Below are positions 40,441 through 50,181 of a stretch of 64,000 nt of DNA, in pieces. Numbering within the stretch: the stretch's first letter is position 1; every line of letters begins with the position of its first letter. Origin of the DNA: an uncultured virus (IMG/VR IMGVR_UViG_3300020442_002637) (lineage: Duplodnaviria; Heunggongvirae; Uroviricota; Caudoviricetes); the IMG/VR virus record IMGVR_UViG_3300020442_002637; one strand, given 5' to 3'. Position numbers and translations under genes: made by a program. The notes under the pieces are model-generated. The model had not been told where the DNA came from. It saw only the letters and a program-made list of their open reading frames with translations, and did no database searches.

Positions 40441-43079
40441 AATTAAATGTTGCAGATTGTGATGTAGTGTATCTAAGTTATGATGAACCTAACGCTGAAA
40501 AAAATTATGCAGATATACTGACAAAAATTCCTTGGGCAAAACGGATTCATGGAGTTGAAGGCAGTGATGCCTCACACAAAGCCTGTGCTAAAATTTGTGA
40601 AACTGAAAGATTTATTACCGTCGACGGTGATAACATTGTTCAACCAGAATTTATTAATCAAACTGTTAACTTTATTCCAGGAGTTGATATAAAAAGAAAT
40701 GTGATAAGTTGGACAGGTTACAATGTAATAAACGGATTGATGTACGGTAATGGCGGCATTAAATGTTGGGATAGACAAACTGTATTAGAAATGAAAACAC
40801 ATGAAAATGCGGATCCAGATAACATAGGTGCCCAGTTAGATTTCTGTTGGGATTTAGAATATATTCAGATGAGTGAATGTATGAGTACTGTAGAAAATAA
40901 TTTTACTCCCCATCAAGCCTGGAGAGCAGGATTTAGAGAAGGTGTAAAAATGTGTTTAGTTGAAGGAGTTAAACCATCTCTAGAAGATTTTAAAGGTGTG
41001 CATTGGAAAAATAGACACAGACAATATGTATGGACTATGATAGGAGCAGATGTTAAAAACGGACTTTGGGCTGTGCTTGGAGCAAGACAAGGTGCATATA
41101 TGACAATGCTTACAGATTGGAATTATGTAAACGTTCGGGATTTTGAATATTTAAACAGCCTATATGAAAAACAGGTAAAAGCAATTACAAATGATAAAGA
41201 ACGTGATGAACTAATTTGGTTTTATGGAAATGAAATTATTAAACACCTAGAAATGCCTATTGCAAAAACACCATTTGACGAAGAACAAAGTAAATTTTTT
41301 AAAAAAGTCTATCAAAATCCGCCACGTATTAGACATCCATTTATTGCAAATACAAAAATAAAAGAAAAAAATTATGATATGTTTATGATTACGTACAATG
41401 AACCTAATGCAAATGAAAATTATGCTAGGTTAAAGGACAAGTATCCTAACTTAAAACGTATTCATGGTGTAAAAGGCATTCCTAATGCACACAAAGCGGC
41501 CGCTGAAATTTGTGAAACAGATATGATGTGGATAATAGACGGTGATGCTGAAATTCTTGATAGTTTTAGATTTGATTATGAAGTACCATTATCTGAAAAA
41601 GATGCTGTACATGTTTGGCGAAGTATTAACCCAATAAACGATTTAGAATATGGGTATGGCGGAGTCAAGTTACTGCCTACAGAATTAACAAGACAATTAG
41701 ATGTAAATCGTGTAGATATGACAACAAGTATCAGCACTAAGTTTAAGAAAATGGAAAGAATTAGTAATATTACTGCATTTAACACAGATCCTTTTAACAC
41801 ATGGAAAAGTGCATTTAGAGAGTGTGCAAAATTAAGCAGTAAAGTAATTGATAGACAAAAGGAGGATGAAACAAATGCAAGACTTAAAACTTGGACAACC
41901 GTGGGACACGATAGACCATTTGGCGAATACGCTTTGGCAGGCGCTACCGCTGGTATGGAGTTTGGCCTTTCTGATGGGGCTGACCTTAGGTTAATAAATG
42001 ATTTTGATTGGTTGCAAGAACAATTTGATAATCAAGAAAACATAACTTATGATAAACAAAATTTAAATTTAGACAGCTTCATAGTTGACATGCTTGATAG
42101 ATTTGAATTGCTGTATGGTGATAAAGTAGAAAATCTTCGTAGAATGTATAACAGTAATGACTTATCGAGTATATTTAAATTGACTGATAACGAAGATTTA
42201 AGAAAAGCAGTGATTGAAAAAAATTTACACAGTGTATTTAGGTTAACCGGAGCAGACGAAGAACTTAGAAAAGCAGTGCTTGAAAAGAATATTCACAGCA
42301 TTTTTAGGTTGTGCAATGCTGATGAAGAATTAAGAAAAGCAGTGATAGAAGAAAACTTGTACAGTATTTCTAGATTACTTCCAGAAATTGCTGATGAATT
42401 TAAAATTATTGCAAATGACAGACATGCATTATGGCGAGTGTTAGAAAAGTATACAAATAGTAAATTTGTCAAGCCGCTCAAAAGTTTAGACAATATTGAT
42501 TTAGATTGTTTCAGCAGAGGACAGATTGCAAGTAAAAAATGGCTTATTGAAGAACTAAAAAAAGTAGACAAAAGTTTGGGAACTGTATTTTTATGTGCAG
42601 GGTGGTATGCAACTGTTGTTCCTATGATAGAAGAAGCTAATATAGAATTTGATAAAATCCGTAGCTTTGATATAGATACAGATGTTTGGAAAATAGCTGA
42701 AGTTTTCAATAAAGATTTAGTGTTAGATGATTGGAAATTCAAAGCAAGTACACAGGATATACATGATATAAATTACAATGTACACAAATATGAAACTACA
42801 AAAAGCAACGGAGATATCGAAACACTAAAAGACAGTCCTGACACGATAATTAATACCAGTTGTGAACATATAGAAAACTTTGATAGTTGGTATGCTAAGT
42901 TACCGACAGGAAAACTTGTTATATTACAAAGTAATAACTACTTTGATATACCTGAACATGTTAATTGTGTACAGGATATAAAACAGTTTGAACAGATGAC
43001 ACCTATGCAGGAAGTTTACTTTACAGGTGAATTAAAATTAGAAAAATACACGAGGTACATGAGAATTGGAATTAAATAA
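40437..43079 (+). CDS. Fusion protein: two tandem GT-A-like domains + helical repeats + class I SAM methyltransferase-like domain
   Basis: Y(D/N)EPNA..NY...RIHGV.G...HKA.A.ICET...DGD occurs twice; C-terminal VFLCAGWYA, RSFDID, IINTSCEH, LQSNNY. Confidence 0.7.
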   Translation: MKLNVADCDVVYLSYDEPNAEKNYADILTKIPWAKRIHGVEGSDASHKACAKICETERFITVDGDNIVQPEFINQTVNFIPGVDIKRNVISWTGYNVINGLMYGNGGIKCWDRQTVLEMKTHENADPDNIGAQLDFCWDLEYIQMSECMSTVENNFTPHQAWRAGFREGVKMCLVEGVKPSLEDFKGVHWKNRHRQYVWTMIGADVKNGLWAVLGARQGAYMTMLTDWNYVNVRDFEYLNSLYEKQVKAITNDKERDELIWFYGNEIIKHLEMPIAKTPFDEEQSKFFKKVYQNPPRIRHPFIANTKIKEKNYDMFMITYNEPNANENYARLKDKYPNLKRIHGVKGIPNAHKAAAEICETDMMWIIDGDAEILDSFRFDYEVPLSEKDAVHVWRSINPINDLEYGYGGVKLLPTELTRQLDVNRVDMTTSISTKFKKMERISNITAFNTDPFNTWKSAFRECAKLSSKVIDRQKEDETNARLKTWTTVGHDRPFGEYALAGATAGMEFGLSDGADLRLINDFDWLQEQFDNQENITYDKQNLNLDSFIVDMLDRFELLYGDKVENLRRMYNSNDLSSIFKLTDNEDLRKAVIEKNLHSVFRLTGADEELRKAVLEKNIHSIFRLCNADEELRKAVIEENLYSISRLLPEIADEFKIIANDRHALWRVLEKYTNSKFVKPLKSLDNIDLDCFSRGQIASKKWLIEELKKVDKSLGTVFLCAGWYATVVPMIEEANIEFDKIRSFDIDTDVWKIAEVFNKDLVLDDWKFKASTQDIHDINYNVHKYETTKSNGDIETLKDSPDTIINTSCEHIENFDSWYAKLPTGKLVILQSNNYFDIPEHVNCVQDIKQFEQMTPMQEVYFTGELKLEKYTRYMRIGIK
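42168..42380 (+). repeat. Three 66-bp (22-aa) tandem repeats
   Basis: AGAAAAGCAGTG at 42201, 42267 and 42333; protein repeat E(E/D)LRKAVxExNxxS. Confidence 0.9.
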
Positions 43080-43296
43080 TTTGACTATAAGAGAATTGCA
43101 GAAAGAAAGTGCTATGGCTTTGAGCACCATGCAGGCAACAAACAATAACATATGGCAGTTCAACAAGAAGGCTCATCATAACAGCCATAACTGGTACCGA
43201 GCTGTGATTGAATGGTATGTAGGTCAATATGGTGATCTACCTAGTCGCATAGGTCCTGGTAAAGATGTAAAGTTGGTTTTAGATGATAGTAGATAA
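43066..43296 (+). CDS. Small hypothetical protein (76 aa)
   Basis: Overlaps both neighbours; GAGG upstream; start in the ORF track is a TTG. Confidence 0.6.
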   Translation: MELNNLTIRELQKESAMALSTMQATNNNIWQFNKKAHHNSHNWYRAVIEWYVGQYGDLPSRIGPGKDVKLVLDDSR

Positions 43297-44005
43297 AGAA
43301 CCATTTTTCAAGGTAATTTATGCTGATGAATATACTTTTGAACCAGGAGGAGAATATAAAAATTACAGAAAGTTGAGAAAGCGGATGGGTCCTCGGTGGA
43401 AGTACTACGACTATAAATCAAACCCTATTGTTACTACAATCAATGAATTAGGGTATAGAAGTAAAACAGTATATCCTACGGAGGAATATTATATTGCTTT
43501 AGGGTGTAGCAATACATTTGGGCAATATTTGCACGAAGAAGAGAGATATAGTAATATTATTGAAAAGCAAACGGGTATACCTGTGATTAATTTAGGAATA
43601 TGTGGCGGATCAGCAACCAGCACTTTTACTAACATATGTAAATTATTTTATAGTAATTATCCAAAGCCAAAAGCTGTGTTTATACAATGGCCAGAACAAA
43701 ATAGACTGTCTGCCAACGGAGATAGAAGAATTAGATTAGTAAACGCTCATATGCCTAAACAAGATGTATTTGCTTTTTTTGTAAAAGATAACAGCTTAGA
43801 AGTCATGTCTAAATTTTGTTATGATATGACTCATAAGATCTGCGATGTGCCTATTATAGAGTTTGCAATTAATGATTGGGTTGCTAATTTTTATGGTGTA
43901 GAAGAAGTAGTTAGACTAGACAAAGCAAGGGATAACCAACATTGTGGCGAAAAAACAAACAATAAAATGGCAAGTTATATATTAGATAGGTTGAAGTATG
44001 CGTAA
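43283..44005 (+). CDS. SGNH/GDSL-like hydrolase or acyltransferase
   Basis: ALGCSNTFG (block I), NLGICGGS (block II), DNQH (DxxH). Confidence 0.65.
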   Translation: MIVDKEPFFKVIYADEYTFEPGGEYKNYRKLRKRMGPRWKYYDYKSNPIVTTINELGYRSKTVYPTEEYYIALGCSNTFGQYLHEEERYSNIIEKQTGIPVINLGICGGSATSTFTNICKLFYSNYPKPKAVFIQWPEQNRLSANGDRRIRLVNAHMPKQDVFAFFVKDNSLEVMSKFCYDMTHKICDVPIIEFAINDWVANFYGVEEVVRLDKARDNQHCGEKTNNKMASYILDRLKYA

Positions 44006-44537
44006 ATTATATCTTACAACTGGACAAAGTAGATTTTATCTTGATGATGATAAAATCACAAAGGTTTGTGATCATATATGGGAAGAAGATAGATATAATT
44101 TATATAAAAAGTTTAGAGAAATGCATCCTTATTGTGTGAACGTTGTAAAATGGGTAAGCGATAATGAAATCCAAATGGAGAAACTTGATATAGCATTTAC
44201 TGTTGATGATATTTTACAGTATGGTGCGTTTGATTTGCACCCAAAATTAACAAAAGAAAGATTGCATAGGGCAGTGTTATTTTTTCAACAAGTCCAGATA
44301 GATTTTTTAAATTTTTCTATACAAGAATTACCAGAAGGAAAATATTTTTATCATACAGATACACACTTGTTAAACTTTGTTTTTACAACTGATGATGAAA
44401 TAAAACTTATAGATCCTAATTCTTTTCAAATTACTACACAGTTTGTAAATACCGAGTACACAACATATTTTAATCGTTTAATGTGGCGAGCACATTTAAC
44501 AATGCAAAGATTAGAAACAGGAAAAAAATATGTATAG
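43998..44537 (+). CDS. Minimal protein-kinase-like / APH-type phosphotransferase
   Basis: QMEKL hinge, YHTDTHLLNF catalytic-loop-like motif, KLIDP. Confidence 0.55.
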   Translation: MRKLYLTTGQSRFYLDDDKITKVCDHIWEEDRYNLYKKFREMHPYCVNVVKWVSDNEIQMEKLDIAFTVDDILQYGAFDLHPKLTKERLHRAVLFFQQVQIDFLNFSIQELPEGKYFYHTDTHLLNFVFTTDDEIKLIDPNSFQITTQFVNTEYTTYFNRLMWRAHLTMQRLETGKKYV

Positions 44538-45606
44538 ATATGAAGATATACAAACTGTTCATTTAGAAGTTACACAAAATTGTCAAGCTGCCTGTCCAAT
44601 GTGTGATAGAAACATGAATGGAGAAGGTATAAATCCTCATATTAATTTAGACGAATTATCATTGTCAGACTGTAAAAAAATTTTTAGTCCTGCATTTATA
44701 TCTCAGTTAAAAACAATGTACATGTGCGGCAACTTAGGAGATCCAATTATTGCACGAGATACATTAGAGATATTTCGTTACTTTAGAGAAAACAATTCTA
44801 ACATGTGGCTAAGTATGAATACTAACGGTGGAGCAAGAGATGAAAACTGGTGGATGGAATTGGCACAAATTTTTGCTAGTAGTGGTGCTGTTATCTTTAG
44901 CGTTGATGGCTTACGATCTACAAATCACTTATACCGCCAAGGCGTTGTTTGGGACAACGTTGAACGCTCCATGAAAGCATTTGTAAAAGGTGGTGGTAGA
45001 GCAAGATGGGATTTTTTAATTTTTGAACATAATCAACACCAAGTTGAAGAAGCAGAAGCTTTAAGTAAAGAATGGGGATTTGAAAAATTTGTTGCAAAAA
45101 AGACAGGTAGATTTATAACGCAAGATTCGAAAAAGAAAGAAACACATCAAGCAGTAACTAAAAAAGGAAAAACTTCTACAGAACTTAAAAAACCTGATTC
45201 TAAATATCAAAATAACGCAATAAAAAAACAAGATATAATTATCGAAAAATATGGATCTATGGATGCATATTATGATGTTGCACCGATCAAACCCAAGTGT
45301 GTAGATAAAAAAGAAATATACATTACAGCAGAAGGTTTAGCAATGCCTTGCTGTTGGACCGCTGGCCGTATGTATAAATGGTGGCATAAAGATCCTTATG
45401 TAGAACAAATTTGGACACACATAGATATAGCTGGGGGCAAAAACGCTATAGATGCAAGGAATGGATTGAAGGAAGTTTTTAACACGGGTATTTTTGACAC
45501 TATAGAACGAAGCTGGAAATATGAAAGTTGTAGTTTAGGAAAACTTAAAGTGTGTGCTATGAAATGCGGCGCAGAGTTTGATCCTTTCACAGAACAATGG
45601 AGTTAA
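44530..45606 (+). CDS. Radical SAM protein (subfamily A, C-terminal Cys-rich region)
   Basis: CQAACPMC, CGNLGDP, NTNG, FSVDG, PCC, CAMKC. Confidence 0.92.
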   Translation: MYRYEDIQTVHLEVTQNCQAACPMCDRNMNGEGINPHINLDELSLSDCKKIFSPAFISQLKTMYMCGNLGDPIIARDTLEIFRYFRENNSNMWLSMNTNGGARDENWWMELAQIFASSGAVIFSVDGLRSTNHLYRQGVVWDNVERSMKAFVKGGGRARWDFLIFEHNQHQVEEAEALSKEWGFEKFVAKKTGRFITQDSKKKETHQAVTKKGKTSTELKKPDSKYQNNAIKKQDIIIEKYGSMDAYYDVAPIKPKCVDKKEIYITAEGLAMPCCWTAGRMYKWWHKDPYVEQIWTHIDIAGGKNAIDARNGLKEVFNTGIFDTIERSWKYESCSLGKLKVCAMKCGAEFDPFTEQWS

Positions 45607-45607
45607 C

Positions 45608-46417
45608 ATGTACGAATTTAATAATAAATTATATGAAAATTTAGCAGGATTTGACTTCTTCAATGTAGACGGAGTTAAATTTGCTTGGAATCCGAAATGG
45701 AAGAACGTGGGTATAAACCTATCTGGTGGTGCAGATAGTGCATGTTTAGCATATACTATTGCAAATTATATAAAAGAAAATGACATAAATTGTAAAATAC
45801 ATGCGATAAATTTTTTAAGATGTTATCTTACAAGACCTTGGCAAAAGCATGTAGGATTAAGAGTATATAATAGACTGAAAGAAATGTTTCCTGATATTGT
45901 AATTGCTAGATATCAAACATTTATTCCTCCTGAGATAGAACACAGTCAAATAGGACATAGTATTCCTTTAGCTGATGGTTCTAAACAATCAGGCGATAAT
46001 GTTATTACAGGCAGTTATAATAGATTTTGTGCAAGTGAATATGATTTAGATTGCATTTTTAATGCTACAACTGCCAATCCTCCTGATGCAGGAGAGTTTA
46101 GAGTTCCTGAAAGAGATTTGAATATAGAAAATTGTAAACTTGAAGACATGCTACATTGGACAGAGAAGCACAAGTTTTATCAATATAGACCTTTATTATA
46201 TGTTAGAAAAGATTGGGTATATAGACAATATAAAAATAACAATATTATGGATTATTATAATTCTACAATGAGCTGTGAAGGTGATTTGACTGTGCATGAA
46301 CCTATGATGTCTCAAACTACATTTGAAGATTATAATGAAAATGTCCACATAACACCTTGTGGTGAATGTTGGTGGTGTTGGGAAAGGAAATGGGCTGAAG
46401 ACCAGTATGTGGAATAA
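45608..46417 (+). CDS. QueC-like PP-loop ATP pyrophosphatase
   Basis: LSGGADS; TMSCE...CGECWWCWER; start moved to ATG 45608. Confidence 0.75.
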   Translation: MYEFNNKLYENLAGFDFFNVDGVKFAWNPKWKNVGINLSGGADSACLAYTIANYIKENDINCKIHAINFLRCYLTRPWQKHVGLRVYNRLKEMFPDIVIARYQTFIPPEIEHSQIGHSIPLADGSKQSGDNVITGSYNRFCASEYDLDCIFNATTANPPDAGEFRVPERDLNIENCKLEDMLHWTEKHKFYQYRPLLYVRKDWVYRQYKNNNIMDYYNSTMSCEGDLTVHEPMMSQTTFEDYNENVHITPCGECWWCWERKWAEDQYVE

Positions 46418-47459
46418 TATCAGGAATCTTCAATTAGATCACACAAGTAGATGCAATCTTATGTGTCCTCAATGTGCTAGAGTATGGGATAATGGTAAAG
46501 CACTTAATCCGTCTATGCCTATTAGTGATTTAAATTTAAATGATTATGAAATACTGTTAGAGCCATTTGCAGACAATAAACTAAATCAAATATTACATTG
46601 TGGAAATTTTGGAGATGTAATTGCAAGCCCCACTTTTATTGAAACTTTTGATTACAGTCTTGATTTTACAAACACAGTGCAAATTGAAACAAACGGAAGT
46701 GCTAGAAAAATAGATTGGTGGAAAGATTTAGCAAAAAGGTCTAAAAATAAACTTATCATGGTTTTTTCTATTGATGGTTTGAAAGATACAAATCATATTT
46801 ACAGAGTAGGAAGTACATATGATAAAATTATAGAAAATGCTAATGCATTTATAAATGCAGGCGGCAAAGCAGTATGGCAGTTTATAGAGTTTGAACATAA
46901 TTATCACCAAATAGAAGAAGCCAAACATATTGCTAAGGACATGGGATTCACAGATTTTAGAGTAAAATATACGTCAAGATTTGCAGAACAAAATATTAAA
47001 AAAGTACAAACAAAAAAAGGCGATACAGTAAAAGATACAGACAATAATAAAAATCAAAAAGACATGAAAAATATTCTAAAAACATTTTCTAGTTTTGATG
47101 AATATGTAGAAAAAACAGATATCACTTGCAAATACCTTGCAGATCAAAGATTGTTTGTCGATATGGAAATGCGCCTATGGCCATGTTGCTGGTTTGGTGC
47201 TCCTAAATACTTCTCGCATAAAAATGCACAGTCTACTAGTTTCCAGCATTTTTTTGATTTATATGGAGAGGATTTTAATGACATGCGTAAGTATGGATGG
47301 GGTGTGCTTGATCATGAATTTTTTCAAACATACTTAGAAAGGTCCTGGAATAGTCCTAATGACAAATACAAACGTATTTACACTTGTGGTCGTACATGTG
47401 GCAATAAGTTTCAGTTTAGTAGTGGTTACGGAGAAAATAGAAAGAGTGTTAAATTATGA
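46407..47459 (+). CDS. Radical SAM protein (subfamily A)
   Basis: CNLMCPQC, CGNFGD, ETNGS, FSIDG, PCC, CGRTC; start moved to ATG 46407. Confidence 0.92.
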   Translation: MWNNIRNLQLDHTSRCNLMCPQCARVWDNGKALNPSMPISDLNLNDYEILLEPFADNKLNQILHCGNFGDVIASPTFIETFDYSLDFTNTVQIETNGSARKIDWWKDLAKRSKNKLIMVFSIDGLKDTNHIYRVGSTYDKIIENANAFINAGGKAVWQFIEFEHNYHQIEEAKHIAKDMGFTDFRVKYTSRFAEQNIKKVQTKKGDTVKDTDNNKNQKDMKNILKTFSSFDEYVEKTDITCKYLADQRLFVDMEMRLWPCCWFGAPKYFSHKNAQSTSFQHFFDLYGEDFNDMRKYGWGVLDHEFFQTYLERSWNSPNDKYKRIYTCGRTCGNKFQFSSGYGENRKSVKL

Positions 47460-48757
47460 TCAATAACCCCGCTATAGCAATTGATAGTGACGACAAAACA
47501 TTTATGGTAATTTGGAGTTGGGGATTGCGTTGTAATTTTGACTGTTCATACTGTAGTCCTGAAAGGCACAATAACAATAGTAAACACACTAACAAAGAAA
47601 AATTATTAAAAGCAGTTGACTTTTTAAAACAATATAAACAGATGATGAGTAATTACATTGATCATGACATGTGGTATATTAGTATTACAGGTGGGGAGCC
47701 TACAGCAAATCCATACTTTGTTGAAACAATGAAAGCATTAAAACAAGATGCTACAGACTTTAGATTAGATGTTACAACAAACGGTAGTTTTAGTGAAAAA
47801 ATTAGGAATGAAATTACGCCAGTCATTGATCATGTCACTATATCATATCATGCTGAAAGCGATCCTAAAATTAAAAAAAGAGTAGTAGATAATATAAAAT
47901 ATTTTCAAAATAGTAGGGTAAGACTAAAAGTTAATTTAATGATGCATGCCTACGAATATTGGGACGAATGTGTTGCACTTGCAGATGATCTAACCAAATT
48001 AGGTGTAAACATTGTACCTAGGATAATAGGTGAAAGTCTAGAAGACAATGCCTTTAATCACAAATATTCACCAGCACAAAAACAATGGATGAAAAATTAT
48101 TGGGACACAATGGGTAATAAAATCACAGTTCAACCAAATGTAGAATCTATTCCTAAAAAAAGACCACACAAAGAATTAAAACAAGTCGGTTCATGTGCAT
48201 GTGACGAAGGTATGCCTCAACCTGCAGAACCTTATGCTCCAATTACTGAAGTAGTTAGCAAAGGTGCGGATAAAGAAACAAGTGCAAAGTTAAGTATGGG
48301 CAGATATTGTTGCGGTAAGAGAGATTTATCTAGTATGTCTACTGAAGGTGTATGGACAGAATCAAAACTTGTGAATCACACAAATTTTAAACATTGGCAT
48401 TGCTTGATAAATTATTATTTTTTATACATTGATCAAGAATTTGATTTAGTATATCATCATCAAACTTGTCAAGCCAATTGGCGTAAAGGTAGAGGAAAAT
48501 ACAGAGATCCTAATAAAAAAGGTGTAGACGAACAGTCAGCTATAGGCACTATTAGTGATTACAAAGGTATAATTGAAAACTTTCAAAGTAAAATACACGA
48601 AGGTAATATTCCTATGATTCAATGTCCGAGAACTAGCTGCGGTTGCGGAGTTTGTATTCCAAAAGCAAGAGATGCTAAGGTAGCAGACTTTTTATTCAAA
48701 AAGCACGTAAAAAATGTAAAGCCAGCCTGGTATCCAGAGCTTGAAGAGGCAAAATAA
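47456..48757 (+). CDS. Radical SAM protein (subfamily C)
   Basis: WSWGLRCNFDCSYC, TGGEPT, TTNGS, C-terminal CPRTSCGCGVC. Confidence 0.92.
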   Translation: MINNPAIAIDSDDKTFMVIWSWGLRCNFDCSYCSPERHNNNSKHTNKEKLLKAVDFLKQYKQMMSNYIDHDMWYISITGGEPTANPYFVETMKALKQDATDFRLDVTTNGSFSEKIRNEITPVIDHVTISYHAESDPKIKKRVVDNIKYFQNSRVRLKVNLMMHAYEYWDECVALADDLTKLGVNIVPRIIGESLEDNAFNHKYSPAQKQWMKNYWDTMGNKITVQPNVESIPKKRPHKELKQVGSCACDEGMPQPAEPYAPITEVVSKGADKETSAKLSMGRYCCGKRDLSSMSTEGVWTESKLVNHTNFKHWHCLINYYFLYIDQEFDLVYHHQTCQANWRKGRGKYRDPNKKGVDEQSAIGTISDYKGIIENFQSKIHEGNIPMIQCPRTSCGCGVCIPKARDAKVADFLFKKHVKNVKPAWYPELEEAK

Positions 48758-48760
48758 GTA
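48755..48760 (+). promoter_or_regulatory. Late-type promoter variant TAAGTA, 5 nt before ATG
   Basis: TAAGTA-ATTGT-ATG (48766); overlaps the upstream stop codon. Confidence 0.45.
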
Positions 48761-48765
48761 ATTGT

Positions 48766-50181
48766 ATGACAGACACAAAGTATCCATCAGAAACGTTTTG
48801 CTTGTTACCTTGGGTACATCTTAGCACAAGACCAGACGGAAGTATGCGTGTATGCTGTACAGCAAACGCAAGTTCAGTAGGTCCTACTAATGATAAGAAG
48901 CATGGTGGACAAGTAGGTATTCTAAAAACAGACGACGGTAAACCTAACAATTTAAATGTTAGTGATTTTGAAACAGCTTGGAACAGCGATTACATGAAAA
49001 ATGTTCGCTTACAGATGCTTAATGGAGAACAGCCTCCTAGTTGTTTAAAATGCTACAAAGAAGAAGCCGCAGGTCATAGATCAAAACGCATGTGGGAAAC
49101 ACACTACTGGAGCCAAAGAGTAGACTTAGATAAAATTCTTCAAGAAACAAATTCAGACGGCAGTGTACCTCCTAACCTAGCATATATTGACTTGCGTTTT
49201 GGTACAAAGTGCCAACTTGCGTGTGTTATGTGTTCACCGCACGATAGTTCGGGATGGATCAAAGACTACAAAGCAATTTTCCCCGCAGTAAAAAATCAAT
49301 CTTTGAAAGAGATAATGCAGTGGAAAGACAAAGGAAGTACAAACGGTAGTAGCTACAACTGGCACAAACAAAATCCTACATTCTGGAAACAGTTTTATGA
49401 ACAGATGCCAAGTATGCAACAGATTTATTTTGCAGGCGGTGAAAGCCTAATTATCGAAGAACATTATGAAATACTTGAACATGCTATTGAAATGGGGTAC
49501 GCAAAAGATTTAGAATTGCGTTATAACTCAAATGGTGTAGAATGGCGTGAAGATTTATTTGAGCTGTGGAGCCATTTTAAGTTAGTCCGCTTTCATTACA
49601 GCATCGACAGTATTAAAGAAATGAACGAATACATTCGTTATCCTAGTGAATGGAAAAACCAAGTAAACACATTTCATAGATTAGATACAGAAACAACAGA
49701 CAACGTAGAAGTTACTATTGCTTGTGCAGTTCAAGCTCTTAACGTGTATTATTTGCCAGATCTTATACAATGGAAGTTAGAACAAGGCTTTCGTAAAGTA
49801 AACATGTGGCCGTTTGGTGCAGGTGGTATAAGCCAACATTTTGTATATTGGCCAGGACACTTGAACGTAAAAGTTTTGCCTAAATGGTTCAAACAAGAAT
49901 GTAGACGTAAGTATGAAGAATGGTATCCTTGGTGGGAAGCAAATTGGGAACTTGGTATACCTAGTTGGCACAAGGGCAAAGTTGATTTTGAACAATGGCG
50001 TAGTGCTGAGTATGGTATAAAACGTCTTAATGGTATCTTAAGTTTTATGGAAAGCGAAGACTGGAGTGTACGCCTGCCAGAAATGCAAGAGTTTTTATCT
50101 TTGTGTGATGAGCAAAGAGGAATAAAATTTGCTAAAGTTTTTCCTGAAATGGAAGGTATATTTGATGAAACCAGAACTTAG
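48766..50181 (+). CDS. Radical SAM protein with N-terminal twitch/SPASM-like domain (subfamily B)
   Basis: CLLPW...VCC...CLKC, then CQLACVMC, AGGE, YNSNG, YIRYP. Confidence 0.92.
   Translation: MTDTKYPSETFCLLPWVHLSTRPDGSMRVCCTANASSVGPTNDKKHGGQVGILKTDDGKPNNLNVSDFETAWNSDYMKNVRLQMLNGEQPPSCLKCYKEEAAGHRSKRMWETHYWSQRVDLDKILQETNSDGSVPPNLAYIDLRFGTKCQLACVMCSPHDSSGWIKDYKAIFPAVKNQSLKEIMQWKDKGSTNGSSYNWHKQNPTFWKQFYEQMPSMQQIYFAGGESLIIEEHYEILEHAIEMGYAKDLELRYNSNGVEWREDLFELWSHFKLVRFHYSIDSIKEMNEYIRYPSEWKNQVNTFHRLDTETTDNVEVTIACAVQALNVYYLPDLIQWKLEQGFRKVNMWPFGAGGISQHFVYWPGHLNVKVLPKWFKQECRRKYEEWYPWWEANWELGIPSWHKGKVDFEQWRSAEYGIKRLNGILSFMESEDWSVRLPEMQEFLSLCDEQRGIKFAKVFPEMEGIFDETRT

Noticed and set aside
42168..42380. 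66-bp periodic repeats as a possible CRISPR array
   Set aside because: In-frame coding repeats that vary at synonymous positions, with no unique spacers and no cas genes
46359..46406. Longer ORF-track starts (45578, 46359, 50129, 56367)
   Set aside because: They extend well into upstream genes; downstream ATGs give typical short overlaps
45608..46417. Assigning the symbol queC and a 7-deazaguanine DNA modification pathway
   Set aside because: Three divergent paralogs and no recognisable queD, queE, folE or dpdA in the window; the family is supported but the function is not
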